64,000 bases of DNA from Candidatus Babeliales bacterium (lineage in GTDB: Bacteria > Babelota > Babeliae > Babelales > JACPOV01). Made by a program: the position numbers and the translations under genes. Positions within the stretch are counted from its first letter, which is position 1. Every line of letters begins with the position of its first letter. The stretch covers positions 160,001 through 224,000 of the forward strand of contig JBFWNW010000002.1 of assembly GCA_050250855.1 (NCBI GenBank). Direction: 5' to 3'. Below, piece after piece: positions 11,108 to 21,765 of the stretch. The notes under the pieces were generated by a model. The model searched no databases. It was not told the origin of the DNA and saw only the letters and a program-made list of their open reading frames with translations.

Positions 11108-12174
11108 AGTTTAAATTCTTCTGCATTAGGAAGAGCATGAGCTTTTTTTTCAAGTTCAGCCAAAGATAATAATCCTTGCTGTGGCCCTAAAGCTCCAATT
11201 ACGCTCGCAGCATTTGCAACGCCATATTTTAAAGCTTTTTGCAAAGATAATCCTTGTTGTATACAGCCAACGAATGTAGAACTAAATGCATCGCCAGCGC
11301 CGACAGTGCTTACTACTTTGGCAGAAGTTGTAGGTTGAAAGTAGATAGTTTTTGCATCGCTTACATAAACACCCTCTGCGCCATTAGTGACTACAACTAT
11401 AGAAGGTCCCATCTTGTGTATGGTGTGAAAATAAGCAGCAAGATCAAAAGTAATCTCTTTATAAGAAAGAGGTTTTTGCAAAAGAGTTGGCATATCATTG
11501 CTGCCGGGAAAATTATTCTTAAGAGATGGTTTTAATGAATGCATCAATTGGCACGCTTCGAGTGTATTACATGAAAACAAAGAAATATAAGGAAGTGCTT
11601 TTTTGAGTGTTGCAATGCCATCAGCAAGTTGGCTTTTGCCGGGATTTGTTGCAACAAAAATATTAAGTTCATGAGCTTTTTTTGCCAAGGGCAAAAGTGA
11701 TTCTGCTGAGATGCCACTTAATGAAGTTATATATAAAAAATCAAAAAGATTAAGCTTGCTCAGCGGTAAATTTTTTTGTTCTATGTAAGCATTGGCGCCA
11801 CGATAAGCAAGAATAGGTTGATTACCAGAAGGGGAAGGAAGTATAAATGAGCGGCCTGTTTTGTGCGCATTTGTTGAACAAATAAGTTCAAGATTAATAG
11901 CATGTTTTTTAAGTTCATTCGTGATAAAGGTTCCTTCATGATCAGTGCCAATTTGAAAAAATGATGCAACGTCAAAACCAAGTTTTTTGAATGATGTAGC
12001 GCTATTAGTAGCACCGCCACCTACGGTATAATGAATATCATCTACTTCTATCTTGCAACCTTCTGCAACAAGAATATAAGAACAAAGGTCTTCAGGGATT
12101 TTTGTTGTTGGTGTATTTTTGTAGTGAATAAAAATATCTTGTGTTGCGCTACCAATAGTTAATACTTTTTTCAT
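11104..12174 (-). CDS. PfkB-family carbohydrate kinase
   Basis: GGGATNSA, VVTNGAEG, STVGAGDAF. Confidence 0.9.
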   Translation of the reverse strand: MKKVLTIGSATQDIFIHYKNTPTTKIPEDLCSYILVAEGCKIEVDDIHYTVGGGATNSATSFKKLGFDVASFFQIGTDHEGTFITNELKKHAINLELICSTNAHKTGRSFILPSPSGNQPILAYRGANAYIEQKNLPLSKLNLFDFLYITSLSGISAESLLPLAKKAHELNIFVATNPGKSQLADGIATLKKALPYISLFSCNTLEACQLMHSLKPSLKNNFPGSNDMPTLLQKPLSYKEITFDLAAYFHTIHKMGPSIVVVTNGAEGVYVSDAKTIYFQPTTSAKVVSTVGAGDAFSSTFVGCIQQGLSLQKALKYGVANAASVIGALGPQQGLLSLAELEKKAHALPNAEEFKL

Positions 12175-12191
12175 ATATGGCTTTGCTGTAG

Positions 12192-12279
12192 GTTCGTATA
12201 CTTCGATGAGCTCAGTACGAACGGATTGCTTTTTTTATTTCCATTTTATATTGAGCGAGCCGAAAGATATAAATGGAAA
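12192..12279. repeat. Family A REP-like unit plus degenerate partner hairpin
   Basis: GTTCGTATACTTCGATGAGCTCAGTACGAACGG (12192-12224); TTTCCATTTTATAT-TGAGCGAGCCGAAAG-ATATAAATGGAAA. Confidence 0.75.
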
Positions 12280-12324
12280 ATATTTTTACAAAGAGTACCC
12301 TTATTTTTTATTTTTTCCAAATAA

Positions 12325-12353
12325 ATATCCCCGGCTTTTTAAACCGGGGATAT
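12325..12353 (-). terminator. Probable terminator after lon
   Basis: ATATCCCCGG-loop-CCGGGGATAT 11 nt downstream of the lon stop. Confidence 0.65.
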
Positions 12354-12364
12354 GGTATGCCTAA

Positions 12365-14734
12365 TTACTGTTTATTTTTGAACTTTTTGAGCGGCATATC
12401 TAACAGTACATGTTTTAAAACTTCATCAGCATGATTTACCCAAATGATATCAATATCTTTTGCGATATCTTCAAGCCCTACAAAGTCTGTTTTATTCTTT
12501 AATGGAAAAATAACATGCTCAATTTTGTTACGTTTTGCTGCCAACACTTTTTCCTTAACACCACCTATTGGCATAACTTCTCCATGCAGGTTAAGTTCTC
12601 CTGTCATAGCATAACGGCCATTAATAGGTCTATTAGTAAGGGCAGATAAAATTGAGGTAAGCATAGTGATACCAGCAGAAGGACCATCTTTTGGTATGCC
12701 ACCAGCAGGAACGTGGATGTGTAAATCATAATGCGTAAACATTTTTGCTGCAATACCGAATGTTTTTGCGTGAGCACGTGCATAACTAACAGCAGCTTGC
12801 GCTGATTCTTTCATAACATTACCAAGGTGCCCTGTTAAAATAAGCTTACCGCGTCCTGGCATTATCACCGCTTCAATCTTGAGCATATCGCCACCGCAAG
12901 AAGTCCATGCAAGACCATTCGTTACACCAATTTGATTTTCGAGTGACATGTCATCGCTTGCAAACTTACGCGGCCCAAGAAATTCTTCAAGATTCTTTGG
13001 CGTAAATTTTGCAAGTTTATTGTTTTCTACAATTGAGCGGGCAGCTTTTGAACATAAGGTGCTTACGACACGGTTTAATTGGCGCACGCCAGATTCACGT
13101 GTGTAATTGGTAATTAAATCATCAATTACCTCATCGGGGAATATGATATTATGTTTTTCAAGGCCAGCTTCTTGAATAGCGCGATCAACTAAATAAAGTT
13201 TGCAAATACTTTTTTTCTCATCAAGCGTGTAGCCTGAAAGGTGAATAATTTCCATACGGTCACGTAATGGTTCAGAAATAGTATCAAGGCTATTTGCCGT
13301 AGCTACAAACATTACTTTAGAAAGATCAAAAGGAACACCAAGATAATTATCGTAGAATGTTTTATTTTGTTGTGGATCAAGAACCTCAAGCAATGCTGCT
13401 GAAGGGTCGCCACGGAAATCTTGGCCAATTTTATCAAGCTCATCAATAATCATGACGGGATTTTTTGATGAAACTTTTCTAAATCCTTGGATAAAGCGAC
13501 CAGGCATAGCACCAACATAGGTGCGGCGATGCCCACGAATTTCTGCTTCATCTTTTACGCCACCAAGAGATACGCGGAAATATTCTCTTCCTAAACATTT
13601 TGCAATTGATTGCCCAAGAGAAGTTTTACCTGTTCCAGGGGGCCCAACAAAGCAAACGATAGGAGAAGAACCATCTTGGCGTAGATTTTTTACAGAAATA
13701 AAATCAAGGATTCGTTCTTTAATATCTTTAAGGCCATAATGATCAGCGTCAAGAATCTCTTTTGCATGTTTTATATCAAGATTGTCTTCTGTTTCTTTAT
13801 CCCACGGTAAAGAAAAGATCCAATCCAAATAATTTCTGATAACAGCAGCTTCCATAGAATCTGCTGCAGTTCTTTCTAGACGATTGATTTGGCGTGTTGC
13901 TTCTTTACGTGCATCATCTGGCATGCTTATTGTTTCTAATTTATCACGCATGACATCAATATCTTCAAGCTCATCTTCACCGAGTTCTTTTTTGATAGCT
14001 TTTAGTTGTTCGCGTAGATAAAACTCTTTTTGTGATTTATTCATAGATTCACGTGCATGATTTTTAACACGTTCTTGAATTTCAACAACTTCCAGTTCTC
14101 GTTCAAGAAGGCAATAAAGACCTTCAAGAAATTCAAGTACTGTTTCAGCTTCTAAAAGTTCTTGGGCTTCACGAACATTAATATTAAGATGAGAAAGAAT
14201 AAAATCACCAATCTTTTGTGGATCATGCATTTTTGAAAGAATAGAGCAAAAATCAGGGCTAAAAGAATGTCCATTTGCATCCATTTTTTCAACAAGTTGT
14301 TTAATGTTTTTAATTTGAGCTTCTATTTCAGGGCTATCGGTATTAGTATCCTGAGAAATAGGCTCTATGTGAGCCGTAAGCATGTTGTCTTCAGTGATGA
14401 TAGTTGAAGTATGCGCTTTGCATACTCCTTGTACCAATATTTTAATACCGCCCTCAGGAATCTTGATAAGACGCATGATTGATGCTACGGTACCAATTTC
14501 ATATAAATCCTGAGTTCCTATTGCGCCATGATAATCATCCATTTGCTTTTTTGATGCCAATAATAAAATAAGCTTTGATTCTTCAAGGCTTTTTTGAATA
14601 CCAGCTATAATGCGTTCATCAAGTACCAGCAAAGGAACAATCATTTGGGGAAATACTACTACATCCATGGTTGGAACGATTGGAAGTATTTCCGGAATCA
14701 TTTCGGTCATATTTTTTGCAGATATGTTACTCAT
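12365..14734 (-). CDS. lon: ATP-dependent Lon protease
   Basis: GPPGTGKTS, EIRGHRRTYVGAMPG, PKDGPSAG; start MSNIS (14734) behind GGGGGAG. Confidence 0.97.
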   Translation of the reverse strand: MSNISAKNMTEMIPEILPIVPTMDVVVFPQMIVPLLVLDERIIAGIQKSLEESKLILLLASKKQMDDYHGAIGTQDLYEIGTVASIMRLIKIPEGGIKILVQGVCKAHTSTIITEDNMLTAHIEPISQDTNTDSPEIEAQIKNIKQLVEKMDANGHSFSPDFCSILSKMHDPQKIGDFILSHLNINVREAQELLEAETVLEFLEGLYCLLERELEVVEIQERVKNHARESMNKSQKEFYLREQLKAIKKELGEDELEDIDVMRDKLETISMPDDARKEATRQINRLERTAADSMEAAVIRNYLDWIFSLPWDKETEDNLDIKHAKEILDADHYGLKDIKERILDFISVKNLRQDGSSPIVCFVGPPGTGKTSLGQSIAKCLGREYFRVSLGGVKDEAEIRGHRRTYVGAMPGRFIQGFRKVSSKNPVMIIDELDKIGQDFRGDPSAALLEVLDPQQNKTFYDNYLGVPFDLSKVMFVATANSLDTISEPLRDRMEIIHLSGYTLDEKKSICKLYLVDRAIQEAGLEKHNIIFPDEVIDDLITNYTRESGVRQLNRVVSTLCSKAARSIVENNKLAKFTPKNLEEFLGPRKFASDDMSLENQIGVTNGLAWTSCGGDMLKIEAVIMPGRGKLILTGHLGNVMKESAQAAVSYARAHAKTFGIAAKMFTHYDLHIHVPAGGIPKDGPSAGITMLTSILSALTNRPINGRYAMTGELNLHGEVMPIGGVKEKVLAAKRNKIEHVIFPLKNKTDFVGLEDIAKDIDIIWVNHADEVLKHVLLDMPLKKFKNKQ

Positions 14735-14930
14735 TGCACTCCCCCTTATTGTTTTTTCAATGAAACACCGTATAATCAACAAACAGGTGATTATCTAGTA
14801 CACGATGCGCCATTTCCCTACAGTGCTTAGTGTAGTTGATTGTTAATTTTTAAAACAAGAATTCTAAGGTATTACTTTAAGAATTGTTGATAATTACACA
14901 CAAAAACTGATTAAAAAATACAAAAAAATA

Positions 14931-15695
14931 ATGAATATAGAGTCTCTAACTGCAAAAAATATACAAAAAATATATACAACTGGAGCAGCTACTATCTCGT
15001 TATTTAGAGGTTTTTCTTATATTTTTAAGCGAGGAAATACCTATGCACTTATGGGGCCTTCCGGAGTAGGAAAGTCAACACTTCTTCATATGCTAGCAGG
15101 TTTTGAAACTCCCTCTGCGGGTTCAGTTTCCATAAATGCCCGAGATTTAAGCACTTTATCTTTAGATGAAAAAAATAAAATTCGTTCTACATCGCTCGGT
15201 TTTATATTTCAACAACCTTATTTAATACCTGAGCTTTCTATTTTAGAGAATGTGATGATAAAAGGACTTATTGCTGGATTACCCCATTCTGTATGTAAAA
15301 ATAAGGCATTATCTATATTAAAAGAGGTAGGGCTTGAGCAGTATAATAATCATTATCCTTCGGAGCTTTCTGGAGGACAACAACAACGTGTTGCCTGTGC
15401 ACGTGCTTTGGTATCAAATCCAGATTTTATTTGCGCAGATGAACCTACAGGAAGTTTGGATAAAAAAACTGCACGGCAGATAGTCGATCTTTTATGTACC
15501 TATCAGAAAAAAAATAACATGGGCCTTATTATTTCAACACATGATGAAATGGTTGCAGCATGCTTGCACTACACTTTAAAAATTAATAACGGCCTTTTTT
15601 CTGAAATTAAAAATGAAGGCAAACAAGATAACCCCATCAAAAAAGAGGAACATATTCAGTGGCAACAAGAAACTCAATTATACGAAAGACAATAG
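14931..15695 (+). CDS. LolD/MacB-like ABC transporter ATP-binding protein
   Basis: [38 protein letters not shown]. Confidence 0.88.
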   Translation: MNIESLTAKNIQKIYTTGAATISLFRGFSYIFKRGNTYALMGPSGVGKSTLLHMLAGFETPSAGSVSINARDLSTLSLDEKNKIRSTSLGFIFQQPYLIPELSILENVMIKGLIAGLPHSVCKNKALSILKEVGLEQYNNHYPSELSGGQQQRVACARALVSNPDFICADEPTGSLDKKTARQIVDLLCTYQKKNNMGLIISTHDEMVAACLHYTLKINNGLFSEIKNEGKQDNPIKKEEHIQWQQETQLYERQ

Positions 15696-17299
15696 AAGTC
15701 GGCAGTTCAACAATGGTAAGCCGTCTTTTAGGAATGGTGCGTGAAATTTTAATGGCAAATTATTTAGGTGCCGGGATTTTAGCCGACGCATTTGTTACCG
15801 CCTTTAAAATTCCTAATTCTTTACGTAAAATTTTTGCAGAAGGAGCTTTAAGCGCTTCGTTTGTTCCCACGTTTGTTACCTTAGCAAAAAAAGATGGCAA
15901 AGATGCCGTTAATAGTCTTGTTACCTTAGCGCTTTTTCTTTTTGAAGGGGTGCTTTTAATTGTTTGTCTTTTGGTGATGTGGAAAGCTGAGTTTGTTATA
16001 CGTTGTATCGTTCCTGGCTGGTTTGAAGGTTGCCATGCACCTTTGCCAAAACCAGATTCTTTTTTTGCCTCAGTAGTATCATTTATGGGTTCATTTTTTA
16101 TAGGCTGTCAGGCGGCGCCGCAAGTAGTGCATGCAGTAACCTATTTACGTATTTTAATGTGCTTTATTTTATTTTTATCAATGAGTTCATTATTGGCAGG
16201 GGCCTTACAGGCAGTTAACCATTTTTTTGTGCCGGCATTTGCGCCAGTACTTTTAAATATAGTATTTATTACAGGGCTTATTGTTTGTATGAGTTTTTCT
16301 TATTCCCCTGCAGTGCTGTGTATATTTATTTTAGTGGGAGGATTTTTACAGCTTATTTGGCATATATATACCTATTTTAGCTATGGTTTTCATTTTGGCA
16401 CCATACACAAGAAAACCTGGCAAACCTTTACTAAGGTTTGGAAAAAGTTTTTACCCTTTCTTTTTTCTATGAGTATTGTAGAGATTCAATTATTTATTGA
16501 TACAAGCTTTGCTTCTTATTTGGCAACCGGTTCAATAGCATTAATTAATTATGCCAATAGATTTATGCAGATTCCTTTAGGTGTTTTTGCTACGGCGTTT
16601 TCCACCATTTTACTGCCCCATCTATCTCGTGTTGGCAATTACGCACCGCGACGTTTAGGGTTTTATGTATTAGAGGCATCCAAACTTATTTTTTTTGTTA
16701 TGATTCCTTTTTCTTTAATTATGGGTTTTGTTGCTGAAAAAATATTTCTTACGTTGTTTCTTTCTAAAAAATTTACGCTCGATGCAGTGCACACGGCGAG
16801 TTTGATTCTTATTGTTTCTTTAGGTGGATTGGTTTTCTTTTCTTTAAATAAGATTTTACTTAACGTATATTATGCGCTCCATGAAACAAAATTGCCCATG
16901 TATATTTCTATGATAAGTACGCTGGTTAATATTATTTTAAGTTACATTCTTATGACGCCTTTTGGTGTATATGGTATTGCATTTGCTACTACGCTTGCTG
17001 GTGTTATGCAAACAGTTTTATTCGTGTTTTTTTTATGGCGTCGGTTTGATTTAGTATGTTACCCAAAGCAGTTTAAAAAATTTATAACCGGTTTTTGTGT
17101 GCAGTTAGGGCTTTTTTCTTTATTATTTGTATCTGGCTATTATGGTATAGAGTATATGGTTCATCATTGTGCATTAATGCATTTTTTACTTTATAAAATG
17201 GGTTTTTGGCTCTGGTTTGTTCCTTATGCAGCATTATTTTTCTTGGCTTTATTCAAGACAAGAAAGCTATTTGGTTTATCTTTTTATTTTATTGATTAA
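15659..17299 (+). CDS. murJ: Lipid II flippase MurJ (MviN)
   Basis: SRLLGMVRE, AFKIPNSLRKIFAEGALSASFVP, YANRFMQIPLGVF; GTG start. Confidence 0.93.
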   Translation: MATRNSIIRKTIEVGSSTMVSRLLGMVREILMANYLGAGILADAFVTAFKIPNSLRKIFAEGALSASFVPTFVTLAKKDGKDAVNSLVTLALFLFEGVLLIVCLLVMWKAEFVIRCIVPGWFEGCHAPLPKPDSFFASVVSFMGSFFIGCQAAPQVVHAVTYLRILMCFILFLSMSSLLAGALQAVNHFFVPAFAPVLLNIVFITGLIVCMSFSYSPAVLCIFILVGGFLQLIWHIYTYFSYGFHFGTIHKKTWQTFTKVWKKFLPFLFSMSIVEIQLFIDTSFASYLATGSIALINYANRFMQIPLGVFATAFSTILLPHLSRVGNYAPRRLGFYVLEASKLIFFVMIPFSLIMGFVAEKIFLTLFLSKKFTLDAVHTASLILIVSLGGLVFFSLNKILLNVYYALHETKLPMYISMISTLVNIILSYILMTPFGVYGIAFATTLAGVMQTVLFVFFLWRRFDLVCYPKQFKKFITGFCVQLGLFSLLFVSGYYGIEYMVHHCALMHFLLYKMGFWLWFVPYAALFFLALFKTRKLFGLSFYFID

Positions 17300-17308
17300 A
17301 GGAAACCT

Positions 17309-17551
17309 ATGAAATACTATGCTTTATTTTTTTTGATGGCAATAATGATTTTTGGTACTAGTATAAGTTCTGAAAACGATAATAATTTGCCCAAAAATAA
17401 AATAGATACAGAACTTCTTTTGAAAGATATGGATGAGACAATAATAATGATAGACGACTTTTTAAGGGCAATACAAGCATTTGAGGCGAAAAGAACAGCT
17501 AAGAAGAATAACTTAATGCGATTTAATAGGAAGACAAAAGACATTGATTAA
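17309..17551 (+). CDS. Small secreted hypothetical protein
   Basis: SD AAGGA, hydrophobic N-terminus, operonic between murJ and the Nudix gene. Confidence 0.5.
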   Translation: MKYYALFFLMAIMIFGTSISSENDNNLPKNKIDTELLLKDMDETIIMIDDFLRAIQAFEAKRTAKKNNLMRFNRKTKDID

Positions 17552-17966
17552 AGAATTTTCTGCAGGTTTAGTACTGTATACCTATAAAAATAATACGCGT
17601 GAATATTTATTGTTGCACTATCAATCTGGTCATTGGGATTTTCCTAAAGGGCATATTGAGCCAGGTGAAAGTAAATATGAAGCTGCATTGCGCGAGTTAA
17701 AAGAAGAAACAGGTCTTGAGGCAACCATTCTTGATGGTTTTGAAGAATCTTTTTCTTATTTTCATCATCTACCAAAAACAGAGGAGCTTGCGCATAAAAC
17801 TGTTTACTTTTTTATAGGGGTTGCATCATCAAAAGAGGTTATTCTTTCTCATGAGCATATCAATTATGTATGGCTTTCCTTCAAAGAAGCATTAAAACAA
17901 TTAACGTATGATAATGCACAAGAACTCTTACAAAAAGCTGATGATTTTTTAAACAAACAATCGTGA
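17544..17966 (+). CDS. Nudix hydrolase, asymmetrical Ap4A-hydrolase-like
   Basis: HWDFPKGHIEPGE..YEAALRELKEETG Nudix box; LSHEH. Confidence 0.88.
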   Translation: MIKEFSAGLVLYTYKNNTREYLLLHYQSGHWDFPKGHIEPGESKYEAALRELKEETGLEATILDGFEESFSYFHHLPKTEELAHKTVYFFIGVASSKEVILSHEHINYVWLSFKEALKQLTYDNAQELLQKADDFLNKQS

Positions 17967-18030
17967 CTATTGTGCTTGCATGGTTCATTTTTGTACCATA
18001 AAAGAAATTTAGTTAAAAAAGGGTACAGGA

Positions 18031-20196
18031 ATGAATACTATACTAGAAGAATTAAAGCAGTTAGTTACTCAGCTTGAGCAACGAGTAAAAGCATTAGAAA
18101 ATAAACTATATCATGTAGAAAAACCTTTGCCATCAGAAAGAACTCGTCCTTTGGTGCATGATGAGCCAGAGATTATGCGTGATGCACCGGCACAACAAAA
18201 AATTTTTGATTATAAACGCTTTGAGCTCAATATAGGAAAATATTTTTTACAAGTAGCAGGGGCTGGTATCTTTCTTATAGGAATGGGATTTTTACTTAAA
18301 TATTCTTTAGAACAAGGATTTTTGAGTCCTTGGGCTCGCGTAATTTTAGGGCTTATTACCGCAACAGGCGCTCTTGGCTGTGCAGAATATTTTCGCGTGC
18401 GTTACAAGCAGTGGGCATCAGGATTTAGTGCTGGCGGCATAGTGCTTTATTATCTTTCTTTTTATGCTGCGTATAATATTCATCATTTAATTTCTTTAGA
18501 GCAAGCATCTATTTGTTTTATGACAACCACTATGGCCGCATGGCTTTTTGCTTGGTGGCATGATTCATTTTTTATTGCACTGTTTTCTGCCATAGGAGCT
18601 TTTGCAACGCCGATGCTTCTTCATGTATCATCGTTTAATCAGCATCTTCTGATGGGTTATTTATTGGGACTATCGTTAGCGTATTTACTCTTTTCTTATG
18701 CAAAACAATGGTTTTCACTTTCATTAATTACTTTTTTGTTAACAGTGCTTTATTATGCTCATTTTCTAATACCTGTATTGATTGGTAATAAAAGATGCTT
18801 TTTTATTTTTGCTCAATGGTTTATTTATGCTGTGATTCCTTATTTTTATGTTTTTTTTATGCAGCCTAAAAAAACAAAGTTTGAATCTTGGCTGTACGCT
18901 CTTTCAACTATTTTTATCAGTATTGCTTTAGTGCACATACTTTCAAATGTACTCTTTGCAAAAGATTTAATCTGGCCTTTGAATAATATCGCCCAGAATT
19001 TGACGACTAAAGAATTAATTAAGCTCGTTGCTTTGGTCGGTGGTTTGGTTAATACGTTGTTATTGGTTGCGCTCTATGTCAGAGCTCGCACTGTTACTGC
19101 ATTTTTGGCAACGCTTTATTCATTAGCTATTACAGGATTTTTTATCGCTTGTATTACCCAATGGCATGGTTACGTTTTGATTGCACTTCTTGCTATTTGG
19201 AGTGCTGCACTTTTTTATCTCAGTTTTGTACTCAAGCAAGCAACTATGCGTATATACCCTTATATGATTTGGGTATTTATGGGGTGCCTGAGTATTATAG
19301 TGCTTTTTGAAAAACCAGAATATAGCTCTGTAATATTTAATTCTATCAATGGTTCATTGCTTCTGGTTTTTGTTGTTTACGTTCTTCTTTCATGGCTTGT
19401 AGAGATGTATCTTAATTCATTTACTACACGAGAATGCTTTGTTCCTTCTCTTGTGCAAGGCATTGCTTGCGCGCTTCCTGCTTATTGGATGCATACGCAT
19501 ATATGGCATTTTCCGTATCATATTATTGGATTAACCATCTATAGCGTAGTGCTTTTTGGGGCGGGCGTTTTTTTTGCAAAAAAATTAGTGCGTTCAATGG
19601 GCTATGCTTTTTATCTTATTGCTCTTATTTATTTTGGTATAGAATATAGTGCAAAAAATCTTCTCAATCCGTATTGGCATAATGAGCTTAATGGTATATT
19701 TGCAGCATTTGTTGTAGGAGCTTTATGTATGCTGCTTGCAATGGAATATATGCAGAAGAATCTTGAAAAAAAAGAGCTTTATTATGGCATTCCATGCATG
19801 CGCGTAGTATTTGCATTTTTACTTGGTGCTTGGATACGAGCAGATATTATTTTATATGGTGATGTTCTTAATATGCAGGGAGCATTTTTTACCAAGCGTT
19901 TGATGGGCTATACCGTTCAAGATGATTATCTGGTACGTCAACCATTAACTGATGTAATGCTTACACTATTTTATGCGCTCTATGCGATGGCGTTTATCAT
20001 AGTAGGGCTTTTATATAAAATAAAAGAGTTTCGTTATATAGGCCTTGTTGCAAGCATGATTGCTATAGGCAAACTATGGTTTATTATTATGGGCATGCCA
20101 GAAACGATACAGCGTATTGTTGCATTTTTATGTGTAGGTATTTTACTTATGATTATTTCATTCTTTTACCAAAAAATGAGTAAAAAAATAACATAG
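18031..20196 (+). CDS. DUF2339-type polytopic membrane protein
   Basis: N-terminal coiled coil, FELNIG..., SPWARVILG, many TM helices, RIVAF..VGILL...SFFYQK end. Confidence 0.75.
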   Translation: MNTILEELKQLVTQLEQRVKALENKLYHVEKPLPSERTRPLVHDEPEIMRDAPAQQKIFDYKRFELNIGKYFLQVAGAGIFLIGMGFLLKYSLEQGFLSPWARVILGLITATGALGCAEYFRVRYKQWASGFSAGGIVLYYLSFYAAYNIHHLISLEQASICFMTTTMAAWLFAWWHDSFFIALFSAIGAFATPMLLHVSSFNQHLLMGYLLGLSLAYLLFSYAKQWFSLSLITFLLTVLYYAHFLIPVLIGNKRCFFIFAQWFIYAVIPYFYVFFMQPKKTKFESWLYALSTIFISIALVHILSNVLFAKDLIWPLNNIAQNLTTKELIKLVALVGGLVNTLLLVALYVRARTVTAFLATLYSLAITGFFIACITQWHGYVLIALLAIWSAALFYLSFVLKQATMRIYPYMIWVFMGCLSIIVLFEKPEYSSVIFNSINGSLLLVFVVYVLLSWLVEMYLNSFTTRECFVPSLVQGIACALPAYWMHTHIWHFPYHIIGLTIYSVVLFGAGVFFAKKLVRSMGYAFYLIALIYFGIEYSAKNLLNPYWHNELNGIFAAFVVGALCMLLAMEYMQKNLEKKELYYGIPCMRVVFAFLLGAWIRADIILYGDVLNMQGAFFTKRLMGYTVQDDYLVRQPLTDVMLTLFYALYAMAFIIVGLLYKIKEFRYIGLVASMIAIGKLWFIIMGMPETIQRIVAFLCVGILLMIISFFYQKMSKKIT

Positions 20197-20202
20197 GAAG
20201 CT

Positions 20203-20958
20203 ATGAACCGTTTTTTATACAGTTTTTTATTTCTTTGCACAGGATTGCTCTCTTCTGCTGAACTCAAAAAAATTAAATGTGAAGAAACTCCTGTAGAAAG
20301 GTGGAAAAAAATTATTGAACAAAGAGGTCTTAAATCCTTAGATCAAGCTGGCTATATTTTTGTATTTAATGGAAATAATACAATTTTTTATGCCAAAAGT
20401 GATGAAGCTTCTTTGTCTGATTATGATAATGCTGTTAAAAATCATGAAATGAAAGAAACAGAGCTTAAGAAAGCTCAAGAAAAAGTTGCTAGTATTTATA
20501 AAATTCATCTTATGCCTAAAGATGAGGATATGGATGCTATTTTTCAAGAGCTTTTAGATTATATTACAAAAAATAAAAAACTCCAGAGTCATCTTCATTC
20601 TATAAAAATTTACAAAAAATATGGCCAGACCATGCAGCAGCAAAAAAGGAACCCAAATATTGTTATGCCACGCATAGTAATTTATCCTGGTTTAGAAAAA
20701 TATCATGCTCAAGAAGCGCTGGATGTTCTGTATGCAAAGTTCAAAAATACACCTGGTTTGAATATCTCACCTCGTTATAATGCAAAACTTACTGATCTTA
20801 TTTATGTTGCGCAAGGTGATGGTGATTTTAAAGAGAACTATTCTAACTATTTTGAGCAGCCCAAAAGAGTTTATTATGATGAAAAAATGATTCCCATTAC
20901 TGCCGTTACTGCTGATCATTATCTGCGCCATCCAGAAACAAGAAAACCACTAAAATAA
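20203..20958 (+). CDS. Secreted protein, putative phosphothreonine-lyase-like (paralog 1)
   Basis: Signal peptide; YKIHLMP, SIK, PRIVIYP, PRYNAK, AQGDGDFK shared with the next gene. Confidence 0.55.
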   Translation: MNRFLYSFLFLCTGLLSSAELKKIKCEETPVERWKKIIEQRGLKSLDQAGYIFVFNGNNTIFYAKSDEASLSDYDNAVKNHEMKETELKKAQEKVASIYKIHLMPKDEDMDAIFQELLDYITKNKKLQSHLHSIKIYKKYGQTMQQQKRNPNIVMPRIVIYPGLEKYHAQEALDVLYAKFKNTPGLNISPRYNAKLTDLIYVAQGDGDFKENYSNYFEQPKRVYYDEKMIPITAVTADHYLRHPETRKPLK

Positions 20959-20969
20959 AAGAGAATTCT

Positions 20970-21761
20970 ATGAAAAAACTATTATTTTTTTTATCACTTA
21001 TTTCTTGTGAACCAAGCGTTTTTTGTATGGCAGAGAAAAAGAATCCTCAAGAAGAATGGGCTACTTTAGCAAAAAATTATGAAGGTTTTGGTACCCGTAA
21101 AGAGAGAGCGTATATAGTGTTTGGCGGTTGGTATAAAAAGGGTGAAAAAGAGATGCAGGAAGATGAGGAGCCTGATATTACTCTTCAGCGTTATCATAGT
21201 AATGCTCTTAATCTTAAAGAAAAAAATATAGCTTCTACTGCTAAAGAACAAATAAAAAAGGAGATGCAAGAAGAGGCTGTTGTTCTTGCGGGCACATATA
21301 AAATTCATCTTATGCCGCAAGATGATGCTATGAATTATATGGTTGAAGAACTTTTAAAGCTTATTGCTAAAAACAAAGAGCTGCAGGATTTGATTATAAG
21401 ATTTAAAGTACGCAGTGAATATGAAAAAACAAAAGAAGAGCAAAAAAAGGGTAAAGAACATATATTGCCCCGCATTGTAATGTATCCGATAGGTGGTAAG
21501 GCTCATGCACAAAAAGTGCTTAATGCTGTTTATGCAAACTTTAAAGATATTCCAGGAATTGATATTACGCCACGCTATAATGCAAAAGTAACAAGCCTAA
21601 TTTATGCTGCTCAAGGTGATGCTGATTTTAAAAATGACACTTATAAAAAATATTATGAAAGCTCTCGTATTTATTATAATAAAAAAGAGATTCCACCAGT
21701 AAAGCCAGACAAGGATCATTACCTAAAACATCCAGAAACGGGCAAAGATTTAAAAAAATAA
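20970..21761 (+). CDS. Secreted protein, putative phosphothreonine-lyase-like (paralog 2)
   Basis: Signal peptide; YKIHLMP, RFK, PRIVMYP, PRYNAK, AQGDADFK, HPETGK. Confidence 0.55.
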   Translation: MKKLLFFLSLISCEPSVFCMAEKKNPQEEWATLAKNYEGFGTRKERAYIVFGGWYKKGEKEMQEDEEPDITLQRYHSNALNLKEKNIASTAKEQIKKEMQEEAVVLAGTYKIHLMPQDDAMNYMVEELLKLIAKNKELQDLIIRFKVRSEYEKTKEEQKKGKEHILPRIVMYPIGGKAHAQKVLNAVYANFKDIPGIDITPRYNAKVTSLIYAAQGDADFKNDTYKKYYESSRIYYNKKEIPPVKPDKDHYLKHPETGKDLKK

Positions 21762-21765
21762 TTCC

